Source of the DNA: Polyangiales bacterium
Lineage (GTDB): Bacteria; Myxococcota_A; Polyangia; Polyangiales; Ga0077539
Assembly: GCA_044229975.1 (NCBI GenBank)
Contig: JBGARZ010000010.1
Location: 192,001 to 256,000 of the forward strand
Direction of reading: 5' to 3'
Length of the DNA stretch: 64,000 nucleotides
Below are positions 41,437-50,746 of the stretch, in pieces. Made by a program: the position numbers and the translations under genes. How positions within the stretch are numbered: the stretch's first letter is position 1; each line of letters starts with the position of its first letter. The notes below the pieces were generated by a model. It did not search any database and was not told where the DNA came from. It worked only from the letters and a program-made list of their open reading frames with translations.

Positions 41437-42507
41437 GTGATCATCACCGCTCCCGAGAACCTCTTCTACGACCTCGACGAGGCGCTCGCGCAGCCCGATC
41501 GCGTCGAGGCCTTCTACCTCCATGACCACCAGATGGAGGCGCTCCCCGACGCCCTCCTTCACCTCCCCAACCTGCGCGCGCTGCGCCTCGCGCTGCCGCG
41601 TCTTCGTCGGCTGCCCGACGAGTTCCCCGCTGTCACCGAGCTGTCGCTGGAAGGAACCTCCGCGCTCGACCTCGACCAGGCCTTCGTGCGCCTTGGCGCG
41701 CTGCCGTCGCTCAACGCCCTCGGCGTGTACTCCGTCGCTGCGTCGCTGCCGCCGTCCGTCGGGCGCCTCACGCAGCTCGACGCGCTTGCGATGGATGGCG
41801 GCGCGCCTGATCCGGTGCCCGCCGCGATCGGTCGGCTCACCGGTCTCACCCGACTCAGGCTCACGTCGCTCTCGCTCAGCGCGCTGCCGCCGGAGCTCGG
41901 CGACCTCGCGTCGTTGCGGTCGCTGCACATCATGGGCGGCGTCATCAACGGGCGCCCGGTGACCATCGAGCGCCTGCCCGACTCCATCGGCCGCCTCGCC
42001 TCCCTCGAAGAACTCTTCCTCTGGCACCTCCCGCTTACCGAACTGCCGACCACCCTCGGCGGGCTCACCGCGCTGCGCCGACTCACCGTCGCCTTCGCGA
42101 AGTTTTCCACGCTGCCCGACTCGGCCCGCGAGCTCATCTCGCTGGAAGAGCTCGCGCTGCGCGGTCCTCCCATCGACGTCGCCCAACTCGTGAAGGTGCT
42201 TGCCCCGCTACCTCGCCTCCGTCGCCTCGCGCTGGAGTGTTGCAGCGAGGTGTCTCTCACTCGTGGGCTCGTCTCCCTGGAATCGCTCTCGGAGTTGTTG
42301 GTTCCGCGGTGCATGAACTTCAGCGTCGAGGAGGGCTTCGCGCCGCCCCCGCAGCTGGCCCTGCTCTCGGTGCCGAAGTGGAACCTCACCGCCGTCACCC
42401 GCGACCGCCTCGACGCGGCGCTGCCGAAGAAGCGCTGGAGCGGTCGCAACGAGCGCGACGAGCGCATCTACCGGCGCAAGGCCCCGAAGGCGCCGCGCGT
42501 TCCGTGA
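41437..42507 (+). CDS. Leucine-rich-repeat protein
   Basis: Repeated LPxxLGxLxxLxxLxL units (LPPSVGRLTQLDAL, LPPELGDLASLRSL, LPDSIGRLASLEEL). Confidence 0.88.
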   Translation: MIITAPENLFYDLDEALAQPDRVEAFYLHDHQMEALPDALLHLPNLRALRLALPRLRRLPDEFPAVTELSLEGTSALDLDQAFVRLGALPSLNALGVYSVAASLPPSVGRLTQLDALAMDGGAPDPVPAAIGRLTGLTRLRLTSLSLSALPPELGDLASLRSLHIMGGVINGRPVTIERLPDSIGRLASLEELFLWHLPLTELPTTLGGLTALRRLTVAFAKFSTLPDSARELISLEELALRGPPIDVAQLVKVLAPLPRLRRLALECCSEVSLTRGLVSLESLSELLVPRCMNFSVEEGFAPPPQLALLSVPKWNLTAVTRDRLDAALPKKRWSGRNERDERIYRRKAPKAPRVP

Positions 42508-44870
42508 CGCGTGGCCGCTCGACACCGGGTGCGCTCGTCGGTCGACGGCGTGAGCTCGCACTGCTGACCACGTCGCTGCGAGCGCGCTCGGCGCTGGTGA
42601 CGGTCCATGGTCCTGGGGGTGTGGGCAAGACGGCGCTCGCGGCGGTCGCAGCGGCGGCCGCGAGGGCGAGCGGGCGCTTTCCGGGGGGCGTCGTAGAAGT
42701 GTCGCTCGTCGGGCTCACCACCGCCGATGCGCGGGTGCTCGCGGCGCGCGTGGCGGCGGGTCTGGGCGTGGTCGCGCGTGCGAGGGTGGGTCACGACGCC
42801 GTGGCCGCGGCCCTCGCCGCGCGGGGCAGGGCGCTGGTGGTGCTCGACGAGTGCGAGGGCGTCGTCGAGGCGCTGGGGGTGGTTCTTCCGGGGTGGCGTG
42901 AGGTGGCGGCCGACGTGGCGTGGCTGCTCACCTCGCGGCGTGCGCTGGGCTTCCGCGACGAGCGCGTGGTCACGCTGGAGGGGCTCACCACCGCGTCGGC
43001 CGTGGTGCTGTTCGCGGCGCGGCTCGCGCACGCCCGCCCGGGGTTCGCGCCCGCCGACTCCGACGTCGCGTCGATGGAACACATCGCCCGCGCCCTCGAC
43101 GGCCTGCCGCTCGCCCTGGAGCTCGCCGCCTCGACCGCCGCGTCGCAGCCGCTCGCCTCGCTCGCTGCGTCGCTCGTGGCGCACCCGCTGCGGCTCGTCG
43201 GAGCGCCCGATCGCAAGGCCCGCCACCGCAGCCTCGCGGCCGCCGTGGAGTCGTCGCTCGCGGACCTCGGTCCTGCGGCCACGGCCGATCTCGCGGCGCT
43301 TGCCACGCTGCGCGCTCCCTTCGACCTCGATGCGGCGGCTGCGGTCATGGGTCGCGACGCGACGACGGTGCTGTCGGCGCTGGTGGCTCGCTCGCTGGCG
43401 CGCGTCGACGAGGTGAGCGGGCGTCACCGTCTCTACGCCGCGGTGCGGGCGTTTGCGCTCGAACACCTCGACCACGCCGATGCGTTGGCGCGGCACGCGG
43501 CGCACTTCAGCGAGCGGGGAGAGCGCTGGGCGCGGGCCTTTCATGACGGCGACGCGGGGTGGGCGAGGCCGCACCTCGACGCGGCGGTGGACGACCTCTT
43601 CGCGGCGGCGACGTGGACGGGGGTGAGCCTCGCGCAGCGGGTGACGCTGGTGGCGGCGTTGGATGCGGCGCTGACGCCGAGGGGCGGCTCGGATGCGCTC
43701 GATGGGTTGATGGACGAGACCGTCGCGTGGGCGGAGCGCGAGGGCGACGACACGGCATTGGTACGGTCGCGAACGATTCGGGCGAGGGGTCGCTTCCTGC
43801 GGGGTCAGGTGGCGCTCGCGGAGGAGGACGTGGTCGCGATGCGGGCGGCGACGGGGGCCGAGGGGTGGGCGCGGCGCGAGGCGATGGTGTTGCACTCGGC
43901 GGTGCTGCGCGGGGCGGGGCGCGCGGCCGAAGCGTTGGCGGCGGCGGAAGAGGGGATGGCGGCGGCCGAGGCGGCGGGTGACGACGACGCGTGGTTGCGC
44001 GCGGCGCACCAGCGGGCGAGCGCGCGGGTGTCGATGGGCGATCGGGTGGGCGCGCGGGAGGAGTACCTCGCGCTGCTGGCGAGGGCGCGGTCGCGGGGCG
44101 CGCGGCGGGTCGAGGCGCTGTGCCTGTCGAACCTGGGCATCGTGTCCGAAGAGGACGGCGCGCTGGAGGAGGCGGCGCTGCGCTTCGGGCTGGGCATCGC
44201 GGCCTTCGTGGCGGTGGGCGAGCGGCTGCTGGCGGCGAAGATCACCGCGGGCCTGGCGCGGGTGCTGGTGGCGCAGGGGGCGCTCGACGAGGGGGCGGCG
44301 CGGGTGGCGGAGGCGACGGCGATGGCGGCGGAGTCGCGCGACCAGGAGACGGCCATCGAGGCGGCGCTGGTGGGGGCGCGAATCAGTCGGCTGCGGGGAA
44401 GGAGCGCCGAGGCGGCGGTGGCGGTGGAGGACGCGTACGCGACGGCGTGGGCGCTCCGGATGTACGAACTGGCGGCGGTGGCGGCCGGGATGCGGGCAGA
44501 GGGCGGGGCGGCGGGCGGAGGAGCGGGCGCGCTGCGGGTGGGCGCAGGGGCGTATTGGTTCGAGGCGCCGAGTGGGAGTGGTGGTGGTGGCGGCGGTGGC
44601 GGCGGGCGGGTGGAGCTGGGGCGACGGCCGTCGTTGCGGCGGGTGCTGGCGCATCTGGTGGAGCTGCGGGCCAGGGAGCCGGGCGCGGCGGCGAGCGTGG
44701 AGGTGTTGTTGGCAGCGGGGTGGCCGGGCGAGCGGGTGCTGCCGGAGGCGGGCGCCGAACGGGTGTACACGGCGGTGCGGACGCTGCGCGGGATGGGGTT
44801 GGCGGCGGTGCTGGTGCGGCGCGATGGGGGGTATGCGTTGGACCCGGCGGTTGCATTGGCGCAGGGGTGA
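42504..44870 (+). CDS. STAND (NB-ARC/AfsR-like) ATPase with TPR repeats and a C-terminal wHTH-like region
   Basis: LVGRRREL, Walker A GPGGVGKT, Walker B LVVLDECE, TSR, LDGLPLALELAA; TPR-like helices; WPGERV...RVYTAVRTLR. Confidence 0.85.
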   Translation: MTRGRSTPGALVGRRRELALLTTSLRARSALVTVHGPGGVGKTALAAVAAAAARASGRFPGGVVEVSLVGLTTADARVLAARVAAGLGVVARARVGHDAVAAALAARGRALVVLDECEGVVEALGVVLPGWREVAADVAWLLTSRRALGFRDERVVTLEGLTTASAVVLFAARLAHARPGFAPADSDVASMEHIARALDGLPLALELAASTAASQPLASLAASLVAHPLRLVGAPDRKARHRSLAAAVESSLADLGPAATADLAALATLRAPFDLDAAAAVMGRDATTVLSALVARSLARVDEVSGRHRLYAAVRAFALEHLDHADALARHAAHFSERGERWARAFHDGDAGWARPHLDAAVDDLFAAATWTGVSLAQRVTLVAALDAALTPRGGSDALDGLMDETVAWAEREGDDTALVRSRTIRARGRFLRGQVALAEEDVVAMRAATGAEGWARREAMVLHSAVLRGAGRAAEALAAAEEGMAAAEAAGDDDAWLRAAHQRASARVSMGDRVGAREEYLALLARARSRGARRVEALCLSNLGIVSEEDGALEEAALRFGLGIAAFVAVGERLLAAKITAGLARVLVAQGALDEGAARVAEATAMAAESRDQETAIEAALVGARISRLRGRSAEAAVAVEDAYATAWALRMYELAAVAAGMRAEGGAAGGGAGALRVGAGAYWFEAPSGSGGGGGGGGGRVELGRRPSLRRVLAHLVELRAREPGAAASVEVLLAAGWPGERVLPEAGAERVYTAVRTLRGMGLAAVLVRRDGGYALDPAVALAQG

Positions 44871-44915
44871 TAGACAGTCGAGCGCAGCCGACTGAGATCT
44901 TATACGGAGCGAGTC

Positions 44916-45323
44916 ATGCCAGCGTGGCCTAGGTTCCTGTTCACGGACTTCGCGGACGACGACCTGGACCTCTATTACGAACTCGATGACGAAGGCCATG
45001 TTCTGCGCGACATCAACGTCCGCCAGTCTTCGGGTGAGCCGCTGACTGCTGCTTCGCGCGACGAATGGTATGCCGCTCGGGACTTCGGGGACTTGCATGC
45101 CTATCGGACGAAGTTCGGTGGGGTGGGCGAGGGCGAGGTCGGCTCTGCGTTGAGCGACGTCTTCCCGTGGCGGGCAGTCAGCGAGGTCGAGTTTGAGGAG
45201 TTGTGGTCACGGGCGCGAACTGCATGTGAGGAGCGTTGGAGGGCGGGCGGCAGGGAAGCGTACGAGCGCAGTGAGTGGTTTGGGCGCTGGGTACCGTTGA
45301 ACGCAGACCGGTCGAAGGAGTGA
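44916..45323 (+). CDS. Small acidic hypothetical protein
   Basis: GGAG RBS; lower GC; YYELDDEG..LR and EFEELW motifs. Confidence 0.65.
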   Translation: MPAWPRFLFTDFADDDLDLYYELDDEGHVLRDINVRQSSGEPLTAASRDEWYAARDFGDLHAYRTKFGGVGEGEVGSALSDVFPWRAVSEVEFEELWSRARTACEERWRAGGREAYERSEWFGRWVPLNADRSKE

Positions 45324-45424
45324 GTCCTGCGCAACTCGTATGACAAGGCGATTGTGCCGACCGCTGTCTCCTCACTCACTACCAACCCGCTGTGCCTGCT
45401 GCGGAGGCTCCTAAAGGTCTGTCA

Positions 45425-46261
45425 ATGAACTCCCTGATCCAGCAGATCCGCGCCGCGGGAGTTGAACTACGACCCGGCTTGACTGCGGCTCAACTGGCGG
45501 AGTTTCGCGTTGCTCTCGGCGCGGACCTGCCATCCGATCTCGCGTCGCTCTACGTCGACCACGACGGCATGCTCGGCACCTCGAACCTGCCAATGCGAAT
45601 GCTCTCGTGCGCTGAGGCGCTTCGCGAGAATACGGCTGTGCGCGCTTTCGACGGGCAACTTCTGGAGCCCGGCGCCTGCTTGTTCTGGACGGACGACCAC
45701 AGCAATTACGCCGGGGTCTTCCTGAGCGGCCCGCTGGTGCATCGCGTCTTCATCCTCGATCACGACGACCCAGAACTGACGCCTCGATTCTTCGATGTAA
45801 GGTCATTCACGCGGCACCTGCTGGCCCACCCCGATGACGTGCTCGGCGGGGACGGCTACGACTATCCCGCGATCGAGGATCCTGGCCCTACGGCGGCCGA
45901 GGATCGCCGACTCGGGCGGGAGTTTCTTCGCGAACATACCGAGAGTCGGCAAGACCAGCGCACGGCCTTTCTCGCGCTGGCCCTGCTGCCGCCCGAAGAC
46001 ACACACCTCGCCGTCCCGCTGCTGGATTCACCCGATATGTGGATCCAGGAACGAGCGTGCCTTCTGCTCGGGGTGCGCCGTCATCGGGCAGCGATTCCGC
46101 GACTGGTCGAAGTCGCGCGGAGTGGACTGCACAACGGAAGGATCGCGGCCGTTGTCGCCTTGAAGCGGATGGCTACACCGGAGGCTGAGTCCGCTCTGCA
46201 TACGCTCGAAGGCGAGCTCGGCGAAGGCTTCCGGCTGTACTTTCGCCGCGCGTCATCGTAG
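45425..46261 (+). CDS. SMI1/KNR4 (SUKH) domain + HEAT-like repeat protein, immunity-like
   Basis: PGLTAAQLAEFRVALGADLPSDLASLYVDHDG; FWTDDHSNY..V....V..LDHD; C-terminal helical repeats. Confidence 0.72.
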   Translation: MNSLIQQIRAAGVELRPGLTAAQLAEFRVALGADLPSDLASLYVDHDGMLGTSNLPMRMLSCAEALRENTAVRAFDGQLLEPGACLFWTDDHSNYAGVFLSGPLVHRVFILDHDDPELTPRFFDVRSFTRHLLAHPDDVLGGDGYDYPAIEDPGPTAAEDRRLGREFLREHTESRQDQRTAFLALALLPPEDTHLAVPLLDSPDMWIQERACLLLGVRRHRAAIPRLVEVARSGLHNGRIAAVVALKRMATPEAESALHTLEGELGEGFRLYFRRASS

Positions 46262-46362
46262 TGCGATGCACATCAAATCGCTGCACCCACTGGAGACGGA
46301 GACGATCGCCCGCGAGGATGCGTCGAACGGCGAGTTCTACCTGCGTGCCGACGGAACGATTC

Positions 46363-46713
46363 ATGAGCTCGCAAAAATTCAGTGACGACCGCGACGACGA
46401 AACGCTGCTCCAGGTTGTGGCGTGGAATCTGGTTCGCTTCTTTGGCTACGAGCAGGACGCTGCCGAGAAGCTGATTGTCACATTCCGCGAGCACTATCGA
46501 TTGCTTTCGCCAGAGTGGGCCGAAAACGACAGCTTTTATCACCATGAAGGAGCCTTTCGGTCGGCTGCGTTCATGCACTTCTATGCGATCAACGGAAGTT
46601 CGATGGGTGCCGGCGGATTCCATGACTGGTTTCAAGCGCAGCATTTCGAGAGCGCTGAACAGGAGGCGTGCAACTACTTCAATGCGGTGTTCTGGACCCG
46701 CGAGAAGGCGTAG
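46363..46713 (+). CDS. Small hypothetical protein
   Basis: ATG at 46363, plausible globular composition, within the low-GC patch. Confidence 0.55.
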   Translation: MSSQKFSDDRDDETLLQVVAWNLVRFFGYEQDAAEKLIVTFREHYRLLSPEWAENDSFYHHEGAFRSAAFMHFYAINGSSMGAGGFHDWFQAQHFESAEQEACNYFNAVFWTREKA

Positions 46714-46778
46714 ATTCAGCGTGAACTCTCACTCCCGTCCAGCAAGTCGCGACGTTCGGGCCGGGAGGTGACCCGGAC

Positions 46779-47150
46779 TACCTCAAGCATCTATGGGTGG
46801 CGATGGGCCGGAGCAGGCCAGATGAAGAGCAGGTCTCGGTGGTGGGAGCGTCGACGTGGCACCGAGGGCCAGACACGAGGCCAGAACTGCTGGTCTTGAC
46901 GTTTCCAACGCCGGTCGTGCGGAACGAGGCGTACTTCATCGCGGTAGTTCGGCTCGACGACGGATCGTATCGGGTATTCGGCCTGGAGCGGACTGTTCTG
47001 GCGAACGAATCAGAAGGCACCATGCTCGCGGAATTTTCTTCTACCGGCCGTAGCAACTGGGGGATCGGAACAACGGCCATGATCGAAGAATTTGACGCTT
47101 TGACAACCCAGGTCGTATCCGATCCAGAACGCACGGCCACTGGCGTTCGT
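46779..47150 (+). pseudogene. Probable gene fragment
   Basis: Protein-like frame (LVLTFPTP..NEAYF...YRVFGLE...LAEF...NWG) with no convincing start and no stop before it runs into the next gene. Boundaries approximate. Confidence 0.4.
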
Positions 47151-47235
47151 CTCGATGCAGCTTGGGTAGCGCACCGGTGGCATCAGCCGGCCGTCGGGCC
47201 GAGAAGAACAGCCCCTTCACCCCGGAGACACTCCC

Positions 47236-47697
47236 ATGAACAAAGTGACGCCTTTCCTCATGTTCAGCGATCAGCTCGAAGCGGCGATCGAGTTCTACAC
47301 CGCGACGTTTCCCAACTCCGAAGTGCGCAACGTCGCCCGCACGGGCAAGGACGGTCCCATCAGCTCCGCCGAGTTCGTCGTCGGTGGTCAATCCTTCATG
47401 GGCTACAACGGAGGCTCGTACTTCAGCTTCTCTGAAGGGGTCTCGTTCTATGTGGACTGCGCGGATCAGGCTGAGGTGGATGAATACTGGGACAAGCTCG
47501 TGAAGGCAGGAGCGACGCCGACCCAGTGCGGTTGGATCAAAGACCCCTTCGGTCTCTCCTGGCAGATCGGTCCGCGACGGTTCACCGAGCTGATCAGCGA
47601 CAAGGACCCCGGGAAGGTGAAGGCTGTGATGGAAGCCATGATGACGATGGTGAAGCTCGACGTGGCGGAGCTCGAAAGAGCCTACGGCGAGGCGTAG
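47236..47697 (+). CDS. VOC family protein (PhnB / 3-demethylubiquinone-9 methyltransferase-like)
   Basis: KVTPFLMF, AIEFY, NGG..F.FSEGVSF.VDC.DQ.EVDEYW, CGWIKDPFGLSWQI. Confidence 0.9.
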   Translation: MNKVTPFLMFSDQLEAAIEFYTATFPNSEVRNVARTGKDGPISSAEFVVGGQSFMGYNGGSYFSFSEGVSFYVDCADQAEVDEYWDKLVKAGATPTQCGWIKDPFGLSWQIGPRRFTELISDKDPGKVKAVMEAMMTMVKLDVAELERAYGEA

Positions 47698-47736
47698 TCG
47701 GGCAATGGTCCCAATGCGAACGCGGAGAAACGAACG

Positions 47737-48078
47737 ATGACGAAGTACCTTGTCTCCTTCCCCGCAGCGGCGATGGACGTCTCCGCCGAAGACATGCCCG
47801 CCGTCGGCGAAGCGTCACACGCGGTCATCCGCGAGGCGAAGGAAGCCGGCGTCTATGTGTTCGGCGGTGGTATCAACGCGGCCGTCGCGCCGCTGATGGT
47901 CGCCGCCGACGGCACCGGCACCCACGAGACCTATCCCCAGACCAGTGAGTTCGATGGCGGCTTCTGTGTTCTGGAACTCCCATCGCGCGAAGCCGCCGTC
48001 CAATGGGCCGCGAAGATCGCCAAGGCCTGCCGCTGCTCGCAAGAACTCCGCGAGTTCGGGTACGACCCCGAGAGCTGA
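47737..48078 (+). CDS. YciI/DGPF-like protein
   Basis: EAKEAGVYVFGGG, GGFCVLELPSREAAVQWAAKIAKACRC.QELREF. Confidence 0.8.
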   Translation: MTKYLVSFPAAAMDVSAEDMPAVGEASHAVIREAKEAGVYVFGGGINAAVAPLMVAADGTGTHETYPQTSEFDGGFCVLELPSREAAVQWAAKIAKACRCSQELREFGYDPES

Positions 48079-48124
48079 CCGGCATGAGAGGCAGACCCGC
48101 GATGCGCGACGGGAGTACCCACCC

Positions 48125-48394
48125 ATGACCTGTGAGAAGTGCGGCCGGGGTTTTGCGCTCGTGACCGGAGGCATGGGCGACTCCGACAGGCCCGGTTACT
48201 ACTTCCGCGTTGGCGTCGCGTTCCTGCTGGTGTTTCTCGTGCTGCTGGCCTTGCGCCTCTTCATCGGGGCCGCGGTCGTGTCTCTGTTCGTGTTCATCAT
48301 GATCGGTTGGGCCTTTGTTGCCATCGGTGATGTTCGTTCGTCAGAGTGTCCAGGGTGCAAGCACCGCAACAAGGTCAAGGCGTGGTCGGTGTGA
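48125..48394 (+). CDS. Small membrane protein with two CxxC motifs
   Basis: CEKC, two TM helices, CPGC. Confidence 0.6.
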   Translation: MTCEKCGRGFALVTGGMGDSDRPGYYFRVGVAFLLVFLVLLALRLFIGAAVVSLFVFIMIGWAFVAIGDVRSSECPGCKHRNKVKAWSV

Positions 48395-48453
48395 ACTGAC
48401 GTGAATGGCCTTCAACCATCCAAAATCGATGAGCAGACAGAGGGAGGCCGACC

Positions 48454-48795
48454 GTGACGGATGCGATCTACTGTGAGGTATGCCGACTGCCGCACCGGCG
48501 CGGCGTCACGCTGTGCGAGGTCTGTGGGCACTACCTGGGCAGCAAGCCCGATTGGGAGGGCATTCGCGGCGAGCTCCCGCCGCTCCGAACGAAGATGGTC
48601 GTCGGCATGGTCACCCTCCTGGCGATGATCGCTGCGAACGCCTTTCTCTTCGGGGGCGCCGGGTACGTCATCGCGCTGGCGCCGCTCGGGTGGATCGCCT
48701 CCAGCGCCTATCGGCATCACGTCCTGTCCACGCACCTGAAGAACGCTGACCAGGAGGTCGATGACCGCAGGCCCGACCCTCGCGCGCCGCGCTGA
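48454..48795 (+). CDS. Small membrane protein with an N-terminal zinc ribbon
   Basis: GGAGG RBS plus GTG; CEVC...CEVC; two TM helices. Confidence 0.65.
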   Translation: MTDAIYCEVCRLPHRRGVTLCEVCGHYLGSKPDWEGIRGELPPLRTKMVVGMVTLLAMIAANAFLFGGAGYVIALAPLGWIASSAYRHHVLSTHLKNADQEVDDRRPDPRAPR

Positions 48796-48837
48796 CGCCG
48801 CGGCGTGGGCCCGAAGCACCACCGCCGTCGTGATCGG

Positions 48838-50541
48838 TCAGTCCCCCCAGAGGCTCGGCACACCGAAGATCTGTCGACTCAACGCAGGTGTCGCCGCGAA
48901 GGCCAATGGGATCGTCCGCGTCAGGCACGCGGTGTCCGTCGGCGCTCGCGGGTCGCGGAGAAACTGCAGGATCATCTCGCGCCCGCAGGTGGTGCTGGTG
49001 TCGTCGGCGAGCGCTCCCTGCGCCACCACCGAGTGCGCCGCGCCGGGGATCTCCACGTAGCGCTGGAGGGGCGCCCGCAGCCGCGACACGAAGCCGCGCG
49101 CCAGCCGCGCCGGCGTCGCCGAGTCGATCTCCGCGTTGAGCATCAACACCGGAACCTCACTGGCAAAGAACCCCTCCGCCAACGGATCGCGATACCGCGG
49201 CCAGCCCGGTGTCTGCCATCCCGCCTGACGCGACACACCACGACACGCGAGGGTCTCGCCCCAGCGACGGGTGAGCTCGGCGGGCGTCGGGTCGGTGGGC
49301 TCCCAGAGCTCGGAGACGAGGATGTTCACCGCGAGGGGGAAGGAGTAGCCGGAGCCTGGTCCGCCGCCGAAGGCGGGCGTGGCGATGCTGGGGATGAGCG
49401 GCGTCCCCGGAGCGCCCGTCGCGAAGAGAGACGCCACCGCCGACCACTGCGCGCCCCACATCGAGGCGTACAGCGTGGTGAGCGCCGCGCGGTCGCCGTC
49501 GTTGCAACGCATCATGCGATGGATCACCGCGGGGATCGCCCGCCGCTGCGGCGCGCTCATCATCATGTTGCCCAGCGCCGAGCGCAGCAGCCACACGTTG
49601 CGCGCAGGCTGTCCCGCCAGCGGGCAGTGGCCTTCGCCAAGACGGCGGTAGAGCTCGGTGAGGCGCGCGGCGGCGTCGGGCCCGAGTCGGCTGGCGCAGT
49701 CGGGCTCGGCGGCGCAGCGGGCGAGGAGCGCGCGGGCCTCGGTGTCCTCCCAGCGGTCCTCGTCGCTGAGAAGGCAACCGCCGGGCGGACACATCGAATC
49801 GAGGATCACCCCGGCGGACTGCGTCGGCGCGACCTGGAGGTAGCGATGGGCGAGGTACGTCCCGTAGGAGACGCCGAAGACGAAGACGCGGTCGGCGGTC
49901 GCGCGGGTGGCGTCGATGAGACCGGCGATGTCACGGGCGGCCGCGGTGGTGGAGAAGTGGCGCAGGCGATCGCCCCACTCGGCGACCACATCGTCGCGGC
50001 AGCCGGGCCACTCCGACGGGAGGATGCCGGGGCCGCCGGGCGACGTGATGTCCTCGGCGCGCGCGCAGGTGAGCGGGGTCGAAGCGCCGGTTCCGCGGTG
50101 GTCGGGGAGGAAGACGTCGAGGCCAGGGTCGCGCGCTGACAACACGGCCGCGAGCGTCTCGCCGTCGTCACCCGCCTGGCCGGGGCCGCCCATGAGAATC
50201 CACACCGCGCGGCCCGAAGGGGAAGGCGCGCGCAGGTGGCGAACGTGAAGGGTGATGCGCTCGGCGGCGGGGAGGTTCCAGTCGAGGGGGACCTCCACGT
50301 CCGCGCACTCCGCGCGCTGGTCGTCGACGCCCGCGAAGGTCTCGCACGGCGCCCAGTCGATGGTGAGCGAGGAGCGCGGCACATCGGGCGTGGTGTCGAC
50401 GATGGGCGCGGCGTCGATGGCGGGAGGGATGTCGACGGCGGGCGCAGTGTCGACGGCGGCATCGACGGGGGAGGTGGTGGCGGAGCCCGCGCAGCCCGTC
50501 AGGGCGAGGGCGGCGCAGATGAGAGCGGTGGTGGTTCGCAT
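48838..50541 (-). CDS. Lipoprotein alpha/beta hydrolase (TAP-like peptidase family)
   Basis: Lipobox LALTGC; VPLDW, GGPG, DHRGTG, nucleophile GVSYG, DSATP, AHS. Confidence 0.88.
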   Translation of the reverse strand: MRTTTALICAALALTGCAGSATTSPVDAAVDTAPAVDIPPAIDAAPIVDTTPDVPRSSLTIDWAPCETFAGVDDQRAECADVEVPLDWNLPAAERITLHVRHLRAPSPSGRAVWILMGGPGQAGDDGETLAAVLSARDPGLDVFLPDHRGTGASTPLTCARAEDITSPGGPGILPSEWPGCRDDVVAEWGDRLRHFSTTAAARDIAGLIDATRATADRVFVFGVSYGTYLAHRYLQVAPTQSAGVILDSMCPPGGCLLSDEDRWEDTEARALLARCAAEPDCASRLGPDAAARLTELYRRLGEGHCPLAGQPARNVWLLRSALGNMMMSAPQRRAIPAVIHRMMRCNDGDRAALTTLYASMWGAQWSAVASLFATGAPGTPLIPSIATPAFGGGPGSGYSFPLAVNILVSELWEPTDPTPAELTRRWGETLACRGVSRQAGWQTPGWPRYRDPLAEGFFASEVPVLMLNAEIDSATPARLARGFVSRLRAPLQRYVEIPGAAHSVVAQGALADDTSTTCGREMILQFLRDPRAPTDTACLTRTIPLAFAATPALSRQIFGVPSLWGD

Positions 50542-50746
50542 GGGTCCTCGGCGCGGCAGCGTCGCGGAGGGCACCCGTGCGGAGCGACCGAAAGAACCTG
50601 AAACCTCACGCGCAGACGCCGGGTCCTTCCTCCGATGGCGTGCACGCACCAGCCGCTCGCGCACGGCGATGGGGCGCATCGGCGAAAATCACGATGGCAG
50701 CCCGACGAGGGTGTCGAGCGTCGTGCGGGTGTGTGATGTTCGGGGA

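Noticed and set aside
44871..48800. Integron cassette array
   Set aside because: No repeated RYYYAAC...GTTRRRY attC palindromes found between the ORFs, and no intI.
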